Below, piece by piece: positions 54,573-64,000 of a stretch of DNA of 64,000 bases. Each line of letters opens with the position of its first letter. The first letter of the stretch is position 1. Under the pieces are notes generated by a model. It searched no databases. It was not told the DNA's origin and worked only from the letters and a program-made list of their open reading frames with translations. Source of the stretch: Paraspadella gotoi. Its lineage: Eukaryota > Animalia > Chaetognatha. Where the stretch lies: positions 3,281,524 to 3,345,523 of the forward strand of contig CM119269.1 in assembly GCA_051294375.1 (NCBI GenBank), read 5' to 3'. The translations under genes were made by a program, and so were the position numbers.

Positions 54573-55686
54573 GTCGAACCGCGCCGCTTAAGAAATATTC
54601 GGCCATTAAGAATGAACTAACTTCCGTTGGATTATTTACGTCTTTTTCAGGGAAGAACAAATCTAATAAATGAGGTCTCGGGCTAAAAATGTGTTAATAA
54701 GCCAATATATATTCCGAGTTTGTTGGGAAAATACGGGGGGGGGTAGTTCTTACCGTGGAAGAAGCAAAGGAGCCGGAAGAACGCTGAGGTAGAAAGGAAA
54801 ATGGATTCGGGAAATTAGGCAAAATGGATAAACGAAGAAGAAAGGGAAAATTCAATCGGATATTTATCGAAAAAAGTAAACAAAAGAATGTTGAGAGAAA
54901 AAATACTCTACTGTAATGGCGCCTTAAGTCTGCTTAAGTCTGCGAAATGAATTACTACTTATTTGGCTTTAAACGACGATTAATTTTCATGGAAATGAAA
55001 AATATCAAGTAGAAAATTAGAATATTAAGAAAACTAAGCGACTCGGGTCAATACCATAATTATTTAATAATATTTATCCCTTTGTAAAAATAATTTCCCG
55101 TCTTTAAAGAAAAGGCATAGCTCACGATAGCCTTCAAAAAAGACAGGTCACGTCACCACCGAGTGTGTGGCGGCAATGGTGAGTGGAAGGGGGGGGGGCG
55201 AGACGGACGACCAGTTTTCCAGAAAAAAACCGCGCGATGGAGCGTGAAGCCTAAGAGCCGGCGCCAGAATTCCGGGGTGAACGTCTCACAGCCGCTTTTT
55301 AAGGAATCTTGTCAAGCGGCTACTTCTCAATCTCACTCTCTCTCAACCTTTCACCCTTTTAAACCAAAAGCGGGAGAAGTTTGGCCCCGTTTTTTTCACA
55401 ACTCAGCTTTACTGCTTTTTAAAGTTTGACCAAACGACTGGTTTGTTTTACGACGTCGCCGATGGTCCTGACTTATAAACTGTTTCCAGGGTCAATTGAC
55501 CAAAAATTCTCAGCCGAGGATCAATTCGTGCGCTTCCGTCGAGGTCAGAATCTTCCGCTTCCATCGAGGTCCGCTTCCGCTTCCGCTTCCGTAGAGGTCA
55601 CAGTCTTTCGCTTCCATCATTTTGCTCGTGTGAATATTTCCAAAAAAAATTATCATCGGTGAATTATTGAATTTCTCTTCGGAAAA

Positions 55687-56597
55687 TCAAGATGGCGACG
55701 AAAGATTCGGTTTTCGCGATTTTTGGTTGTTGTCGTTGTTGTCATCTTTTTTCGACTAAAGTAATTCAAGCTCATCTTTTGTTTCTTCATCCATGAAAAG
55801 AGAGATCGAATTTCATTCGATGGCTTGGCTTTTCTTTTCTTTTCTTTTCTTTTCTTTTCTTTTCTTTTCTTTTCTTTTCTTTTCTTTTCTTTTCTTTTCT
55901 TTTCTTTTCTTTTTTATTTATTTTTTTCCCTTTTATTTCATTTACTTCGTCGATAGATCTATATTTATCAATCTATATATTTCTTCATTTTTCATTTCTT
56001 TATTTCTTATTAATAACTTTAATTCCTCATTTCTTTAATTCTTTTTTCCTTTAACTTTCTTTCTTTTTATCTTCCTTTCTTTCCAATCCATCAATTCAAG
56101 AGGAACGAATAACAAAAAAAAAATAACCGCGGCGACTCTTCTTGTCAAATTAACGGAGATTTTATCCATCGAGCTTCCTCCTTTCCTTTTCTCCTTTCCT
56201 TCCTATCCCTTTCCTTTCCTCCCTTTCCTTTCCTCCCCTCCACTCACCTTCCTCTCCTTGTCTTTCTTCTCCTGCTCCTTCTTCATTTGCTCCTCCTGCC
56301 ATTTCTTCAGATCGGAGAAGATCTTCCAAGCGTTGTACTTCTTCTGGTAGCCGTGCATGTCGCGCAGGTGCGAGGAGAGTCGCTTGGTCACGATGGTCTT
56401 GCAGATGAGACAGATGCTGGTACAGATGTCGTCCTTGTCGTTCGGGTCGACCTTAGGGGGGAAAGGGGGTTCGATGGAAAGGGCGGGAGCGGGTAAGTTT
56501 AGGTAAGTTTAGTAGGTTCGCTCGACCGTCTTTTCGTTTTTGCCCCTTTTCTGTCAACTGCGACGCCATTGTGACGAGGGAGGGAAGAGAGAGAGAG

Positions 56598-56641
<44 letters not shown>

Positions 56642-57204
56642 GAGAGAGAGAGAGAGAGAGAGAAGAGAGAGAGAGGATAATGTTCTTTCACTTCGCTTTT
56701 AACCTTTCCCGCTCTCGGGAAAGGGCGTGGCATCCGAAAAACTAATAATCGACTTACCCGCTGGGCGTGGCCGAGGCGCCAATCTTTCCTGAGCCGCATT
56801 CGCTGACCCGAACTCGTCACTTCACCTCTTTACCCAATTATGCGGCATGTTTTTCATCTCGTCCATTTTACCTACCTTTTCTCTCTTTCCTCTCTATTGC
56901 CCTCTTTTCTTTTTCACCTTTTCAACCCCACTAAGTAGTACCTGCCCTTCATTCTTTCTTCTGTAATTTTTTAAAACATTTTCTTTAACCCCACTACCTA
57001 CTCACCCTTTTTACATTTCTTCGCCCTTCTTTCTATTTTCTCTGCCGCCTTCCTTTCTTTCTCCTCCTTTCCCATCTCGCCCCACTCCCTCCCCCACATC
57101 CCCCGACCGACCTTTCGAAACCAAATCCAGAGCGGATCGTCCGTCCGCCACTGATCCTTGAACTGGCGAATCTTCTCTTCGAATCTCTCCGCGTCTTCCC
57201 CCAT
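55687..57204 (-). CDS. Small BED-type zinc-finger protein without a transposase domain
   Basis: Exons 57112-57204 (acceptor possibly at 57224), 56248-56451 and probable terminal exon 55687-55755, joined in phase 0: ..DPLWIWFRK|VDPNDKDDICTSICLICKTIVTKRLSSHLRDMHGY..KEQEKKDKERK|SKKDD..SSPS*. The WxxF..CxxC..LxxHLxxxH pattern is the BED signature. Further upstream exons (~57820-58140) are possible. Confidence 0.68.
55828..55912. repeat. (TTTTC)n microsatellite
   Basis: Directly visible. Confidence 0.95.
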
Positions 57205-57504
57205 CGCCGCCTCCTTAATATTTCCTACTTTCGCGATGGCTTTATTAATATTTGATAAGTATGTATATATAATATATCGCCGGGTATTTTTGTGTTTGTT
57301 TTTTTTGTAATCACGCGACGGGGTGGAGAGCGAGCATGGTGCGAGAGGGAGAGAGAGAGAGAGAGCGAGAGGGAAAACGCCCCTCTGGTCGCCGGCGGAA
57401 AAGAACAAAAAAAGCAAATCCAATTAGGACTCAAGACGTCGTAATATTCACAAATCCCGTGAGATGGCGCGAATAAATCGATGGAGAGAGAGACGAGGAG
57501 AGAG

Positions 57505-57581
<77 letters not shown>

Positions 57582-57898
57582 AGCGAATAACGTTTTTTTT
57601 TATCCTACCGGCGAATATTATTTTTTTTAGGGTTTTAAAAATTGAACGAAATCCGTTTCTCGAACAAAATGATTATTTAATACTTTGCATTGATAACAAG
57701 ACACCAAAATTTTAAATACATTTAGAGAAAAAAAGAGAAGAAAAAACCGGCGGGGAATCAGCGGAAGATGACGAAAGCGTCGAACTTTTGAACGCGAAAC
57801 TCGAACGAAATTTTTTACTTTTTTTTTCCGCTGTTTTTCTGTCGATGAGATCGAACCTTCTCTCCTCGTTTCGTAGAAGCTGAGAGAATAGGAGAGGA

Positions 57899-57954
<56 letters not shown>

Positions 57955-58324
57955 AGAGAGGGCAGAGAAGAAGAGGGAGCGGAGAGGGACGAGAGAGAGA
58001 AAGAATTGCTTCAAAAAACGAAATTTGCTTCACATCATACCGATCGATGAAACCGTGGGTTGCTGCAGCTGAGGATAATGATGGTGATGATGCTGTTGAA
58101 GATGATGATGACGACGACGACGACGACGACCGTGACTATGAAGGATGATGAAGACGATGAAAACGAAGATTACGAGTCGGTTTTCGCGAACTCGGACGCA
58201 AGAGGGCGGCCAGGGGTTTGGGTGCGACTTTCGCGAGCCACCGGTGGTTCATCATTGAGACGACGAGTCAGTGGGTGGAGGGGAAAGCCCGCGCTTTCGT
58301 CTCCGCCTCTCTCTCTCTTTCTCT

Positions 58325-58396
<72 letters not shown>

Positions 58397-58779
58397 TTTT
58401 ACCTGTTTTTTTATCTCTTTTTTATTTAACTTCGACTTCGATTTATTAACAACATCCTTCGTTAAACTAAAATATTGTAAATTATTTTAAATTTAAAATA
58501 TTATTCAAAAGCAGAATAATAAATTTGGTGGTTTGAAGAAAGGAGTTTTTATTTTTGGTCTCCTTTCTTATTTGCGCTCAGAATTAATTTATTTTGTTCA
58601 GTTAATTTTCGATAAATTTTTATAAGACTTCTTTTTTCTGCAGACTTTTCATCTGACAAGAAAGAGAGCTGTAACCAAAAATCTATTCTGCTTGATGTTG
58701 TCGCATGTGGTGTAATGCGCTGTATTTGGTAGAGCTGATTTTAATGTCGTGGGCGTAGTTAGGTAAGCATCCATGTCAT

Positions 58780-58866
58780 CGTTGATGTAGTCGTAGTCGT
58801 TGTCGTCATCGTCGTTGTCGTCATCGTCGTTGTCGTCATCGTCGTTGTCGTCTTCGTCAATGTCGT
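58780..58866. repeat. 15-bp tandem repeat (cgttgtcgtcatcgt)n
   Basis: About 4-5 visible units. Confidence 0.8.
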
Positions 58867-60301
58867 TTTCAATTCGATCGTCAATGCATCGTATCCGCCG
58901 TCAATGATACTCGGTTTGCTTTAAAAGACGACGACGACGACCAAACAGACGCCAGACACCACGGGATTATTGAAATAATCAAAATTGGACGACAAAAGTT
59001 AATAGGCAAAATATTTGTTAGAAACGATAGATAACGTTTTCGCCTTCGGCAGAAGGAAGAAACCGATAACCGTAATGTTGAGGATGACAGCAGTTCAACC
59101 GTCTGCAATGACAACAATGGATTGCGATTGAATAAGAAAATCCATTTAATGAAAGATCGAAATGATAAAGCGAAATATTCTACAACTTCAAGAGGAATGA
59201 ACACGTGGCCTAACATAGAAAAAATGTAATAAAAAAAATTTCCCTTTGATGATTCTCAAGAGATTGAAAATATAGAAAGGTTTAGAAATATAATGAAGAA
59301 AAGAATTTAAAGAAAAAAGAAACAGTAAATTCAAAAATAACATGTAACAGAAATTTACCCTAATATCCGGTCAATTTCATAAACATCAACTCGAAAATTT
59401 CGGTTATTTTACTTCCGCCCAAAGGCAACATTTTAGGTTTTAACTTTTTTTTTGGGGGGGGGTTATTATTTTTTTTCCTGATGAAACATTGAAAAAAGAT
59501 AAGAGAAAAATAAAAAAGAATAATAAAGAAAGAAAAACCGATGAGAATCGAAATGAGGAAAGATGAGATCTCGAACTGGAGATAAAAGTATTTCACGGTG
59601 TCGGTGAAACAAAGTACAGCGGGGCTGATCTGTTTTGAGTATATTTTAATCTGATTTGATTATTTTGATTGATCGATCTATTGATTTATTGATTTTTCTA
59701 ATTTTTGCGATGTGATGTCTAGGTAAACTGTAAGAAAGATGAATTCTGTTTTATTGGTACTAAATATATGTACATAGTATATAGTAGTCTTCTAAATTAT
59801 AACCAAGTTGTTCGGAAGATTCTGTCTTCCAAGTTGACTGTAGTAGCTGAGGCATATTAATCGAAGTTACCGCCACCTTCCCTGTTGTAACGAGCGTACT
59901 CCTTCGTTCGTACTTTTTAAGAATAATCTGCGTTCTCTCAACAATGTTTCTTATCAAATATGAGGATTATATTAATATATATATATATAATTATATAATA
60001 TAATATAATATTTTTACATAAATCAGAATAACAACCTGCTAAAGAAAATGCGAAAAATAATTTTATTTATTTGGCCTCATCTTGATAAGTTGTGCATGTA
60101 TTTTTTAAAGAAATTTAAGTAATGCGAGTAATAATGAAAAATATAACTGATTCAGAATTCTACGGAATGTTCCTTTGTTTATAGTTTTTGTAAAAGTACG
60201 TAGGTTTCGCTATCGGTCTTGAAAGTTTCGACTCCCAGATGAAAAACAAAAGAACACCCCTTACTTTTTAATGATGAGTGAATATTTTCTTTTCTTTTCA
60301 G

Positions 60302-60354
60302 CCTCCCAACGGGTTCAGGACATCAAAGCCAAACCGCGAACCATCACACAAATG
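60302..60354 (+). CDS. NAV2: Neuron navigator CH-domain, next exon (TSQRVQDIKAKPRTITQM)
   Basis: tttcttttcag|...CAAATG|gtaagt. This 53-bp phase 1-0 exon joins the phase-1 end of 40695-40815 and aligns with NAV ANEKIEDINGCPKNRSQM (recalled). Confidence 0.85.
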
Positions 60355-61202
60355 GTAAGTGCGATATTTTTAATTTCACTTTTAGCCTCTCTTTCTTTTA
60401 GCTCTCTTCTTATCTGTCTCTTCTTTCTCCGACTTACTCTCTTCCTAATTGCTCTCACACGTTGCCCGAACAAAAGGAAACGAAGAGAGGCCGAGTAATT
60501 GTAAACACGGTTCTATGCACGAATCATTGAAAACATATGTTCGTAGAAACATCGCATAAACAATAGACGAATGGAAATGATATTCTCGGAGAACTTTATA
60601 ATATAAGTTAAGCGAAACTTAGCCAGACATAAGATTGTGGCGGAGTAGCTTTTAAAAACGCTCTTGATTAATACTTCGATCAAAATGGTAGGTTTAAAAG
60701 ACAAGGGCAAAGGTGAGGTCGAAATAAAGACGAATTGAAGACTAATACTTTTTTTTTTTGACTGATCGTCACGATTTCAATCTTCGCTCGAAAGAAGTAA
60801 GAGTTTGAAACGAGTCATCGCGTCGAACGATCTTGGCGGGAAACGGGACGGGGGTAGCGGAGTGGAAGGGTAGGAGTTAAATGGGGGTTGAGGGGATAGA
60901 TTGCCAGAGATGCAGGGCCTTTCATATTTTATATGAGAGGTGAAATCATTCCGTCGTTTGTCCTTCTTTGACAGAATGTTTTTTTTTTTGTTGCTGCCCA
61001 GTTGGCGGCCCAAAGATGTTCGGATTTTTTAAATATTTTTTTTTTTTTGAGATCTTCAATCGGCGTAGCATCTTAGATTTTCACCTCTGAGTCATAAGGT
61101 AGAGCCAGATTTTGTCCATCGCCTCGCAATATTTTCCTTCGTTGGAGGGGCGTGACGAAAGCGAGTTCATGGTGAAGTTCGTGGGATTTCATGGGCGGTC
61201 GA

Positions 61203-61718
61203 TCACGTGACCTTGAGGCGGCGCCAAGACCCCAACACCATCCCCAACGTAACGAGGATCATGAGGCAGTTGAAGCCGAAGAGTCCGAAGAGGCTGATGT
61301 TCAACATGGCGCCGGCCCAGATGGGCGCCAGGATGCTGGCGCCGCCCTCGAAGATACCGCGGAGACCCAGCGCGAGACCCTGGAAGAATATGGATTGATT
61401 TGATTGGTTAGATTGATTGATATATTAAGTAACTTTTGAATATATATATATGGCGTTGACAAAAACTAATCTCCGCGATTCACCTGCTTCCTGGTAGAGA
61501 CTAGCTTCGTGAGATGAGATGCGTTGAGGACAGAGTTGAGGGGCGTGAAAAGAGCGTAGACGCCCGTGGCAGACAGGATGGCTCGCTCCGACGCCATGTT
61601 GCCGGGGACGGCGTTAGCGGCGCACGTCATGAGCGCGATCGTGGAAAAGAAGGAAAGAACCTGAAAGATGAAGATTGGGAAAGTTATTTCGGTATGAGTT
61701 TGCTTGTTTATTGTTTTT

Positions 61719-61804
<86 letters not shown>

Positions 61805-61977
61805 ATCTATCTATCATCTATCTATCTTCTATCTATCTACCTATCTATCTATCTAATTTTTTTTTATTTGTCTATTTGTCTAATCTATCTGCCTTTATGA
61901 ACTCTCTTTAGTTCCTTCTTTAGTTCCTTCTTTCTTTCTTTCTTTATTTCTCTTTCTTTCTTTCTTCGTTCTTTCTT

Positions 61978-62030
<53 letters not shown>

Positions 62031-63690
62031 TCTCTCTCTCTCTCTTCTCTCTTACTTCTCTCTCTCTCTTCACCTGAAAGATGATGAGAAAGCGACGCTC
62101 GTCCTTTATCGTCCTGGACAAGAAATTCAAGAGTCCATACGAGACGACGACGATGAGCATGAGGATCGTAGCGACGATGCCAGACTTTAACAAATCCCAT
62201 CCGAAATACCTAAAGAAAGTCATTAATGTCAATAATGCCAATAATAATTCAATAATTAATCAAAAAAAAAAAATAAAGTACCAAATTAAATTATGCATTT
62301 AATTTGGCATTTAATACATAATTTTGTTTTTTGCTGTATCAAATATGTTTGTTTAACTACTAAGTATCAAATACACTCGATTATTTCAGAAAAACATAAG
62401 ATAAAATAGAAATTAAACAAAACTTTTTCCCCCATTTACCGATGTGGATCCTTGTTGGCGCCATCAATTGCATCCGCAACAACCCATTCAACCATCTCTA
62501 CAATCCAAACCCGACCCCCCGACCGCCCTTCCCCTGTTTTAAACCCCCAACTCACATTTCTCCCATCGGAAAGGAAATGGTGAGGATGGCCATCATCCCG
62601 AACCACGTCACGAAATCCCCGAACAAAAGGCAAAGGTAGTGATCGTTGAGGAGAAACTTCATCAGCGACCCGCAGCACCTCGTCCGCCCGTCCTTTGAGG
62701 ATCTCGAGGAGAGTCTCCTCTGGCGACGCCGAGCGGCGACGGCGTCGTCCATCGTCGGGGTCGACGCCTTCGAACTTTCGCTCGATTCCGGCGCCTCCGA
62801 TTTGGCCTTCTTGGTGACCGGCGTCGGTCCGAAGGACGTCTCCATCTCGGGATGCTTGCCCGGGTATGTCTCCACCAGTTCGTCCTCGACTTGGCATCTT
62901 CCCGCCATCTCTTTCTCCTCCTCCTCCTCGTCTTCAGTCTCGTCCTCCGTCTCCTCGGCCTTGAGGCTGCCCGGCCCGGTCCCGTAGCCGGAGAGGGCCG
63001 TGACGGCCACCGAGTCGTCGCCGGCGTCGACGGGCCGCTTGACGAGGTTCTCGTTCTCCAGTTCGAGATCGTCGTCGTCCTCGTCGACGCCCTTCAAGTC
63101 TTTGTAGCAGAGGGTGGTGCCGAGAAGGTGGAAGGAGTAAAGGATGAACATGAAGAGGCCTTGGGGGGGGGAGGCAGAAGGGGTTAAGAAGATGAAAGAA
63201 AAAAAAAGAAAAAAAGTAAATATGATCGGGTCGTGTAAGGTCGGAATAATGCTTCATCAGGTCGAGAGTACGTAAGGATGACCCAACTGAAACTAGATTC
63301 TAATTTCGCTCGTTAACTTTTATGGAGGCATTTGACATTGAATCCTCTTAAACGTGAACCTGCATCGTCTTACCGGAAGAAGTGAATTGGTTAATGTGAA
63401 CGTATTTCGTGATGTAAAAGTTAGATTTGCTTAGAAACAAGAGGCAGATCGGTCCGACGATAAAACCCAACGGTTCGCACACCTGAATTCAAAAGATGGA
63501 TTTTGTTGTGATTATATACATTGTACTAAATCGATATATAGGTTGTTATAAAAAAAGGTTACTCCATACCTCAACGGCGCTAAAAACGGTCGTCCTGTCC
63601 TTGATATTGGTTGCCCTGGAGACGTCGCCTAGTAACGCGGGACGCACGGCCCACGTGACTCCGGTGAGGAGACGCGAAAGAAGAATGAAC
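61203..63690 (-). CDS. MFSD8: Major facilitator superfamily transporter, MFSD8/CLN7-like (3' six exons; 5' end lies upstream, probably beyond the window)
   Basis: Phase-consistent exons 63570-63690, 63374-63482, 62556-63159, 62074-62209, 61484-61660, 61203-61379. They read FILLSRLLTG..LLGDVSRATNIKDRT, LGFIVGP..INQFTSSGLFMF, YFGWD, LTKLVSTRKQGLALG..ASILAPIWAG, SWRRLKVT*. Orthology to MFSD8 itself is not established. Confidence 0.82.
61718..61856. repeat. (CTAT)n intronic microsatellite
   Basis: Directly visible. Confidence 0.95.
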
Positions 63691-63719
63691 CTGCCGACGA
63701 AATGGATGAAAAATTTGGA

Positions 63720-63977
63720 TTAGTGAGAGTCTATACTAGTTGTTTTGAACTAAACTTTCTGAGAAAACAAAACAAATCTAATTTATTTAATATTGATGCC
63801 GCACACAAGGAATTAAAACTTCATTTCAATAAATTAATGACACCAACNNNNNNNNNNTTAGTGCGAGTCTATACTAGTTGTTTTGAACTAAACTTTCTGA
63901 CAAAACAGACTGGGATAAAGTTAAAATCTAATTTATTTGATATTGATTCCGCACACAAGGAATTAATGACACCAACC
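63720..63977 (+). repeat. ~125-bp tandem duplication straddling a 10-N gap
   Basis: ttagtg(a/c)gagtctatactagttgttttgaac...aattaatgacaccaac occurs at 63720-63847 and 63858-63977. Confidence 0.85.
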
Positions 63978-64000
63978 AGGAGGTAATATATTTGTAACAT

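Noticed and set aside
63720-63977. Real tandem duplication in the MFS gene intron
   Set aside because: Copies flank a 10-N gap, which is typical of overlapping contig ends or two haplotypes.

Overview
Eukaryotic (invertebrate animal) genomic DNA with spliceosomal GT-AG introns, AT-rich but CpG-rich, and many (GA)n/(CT)n, (GAC)n and (GAAAA)n microsatellites. No prokaryotic system, CRISPR array, rRNA or tRNA is visible. Most long ORFs in the supplied track are microsatellite noise, so the genes below were rebuilt exon by exon from splice sites and reading phase. (1) A plus-strand neuron navigator (NAV/unc-53/sickie) gene with calponin-homology exons at 40695-40815 and 60302-60354, plus two candidate first exons. 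(2) Nested antisense in its ~19.5 kb intron, an 18-exon gene (54572->~42024) encoding SAM-like + Ala linker + 2x FN3 + AIG1/septin-like P-loop GTPase + Cys/His cluster + helical region, followed by a 33-bp repeat that may encode an 11-mer tail. (3) A small stand-alone BED zinc-finger gene in the same intron. (4) An MFSD8/CLN7-like transporter gene, antisense, downstream of the 60302 exon. The first ~39 kb is mostly 2-3 direct or inverted copies of the same blocks. These differ by scattered 1-bp indels and abut 25-N gaps, most simply explained as long-read gap-filling/scaffolding artefacts; the probable true order is U-S-T-E-V. The best candidate for something new is the nested SAM-FN3-GTPase gene.
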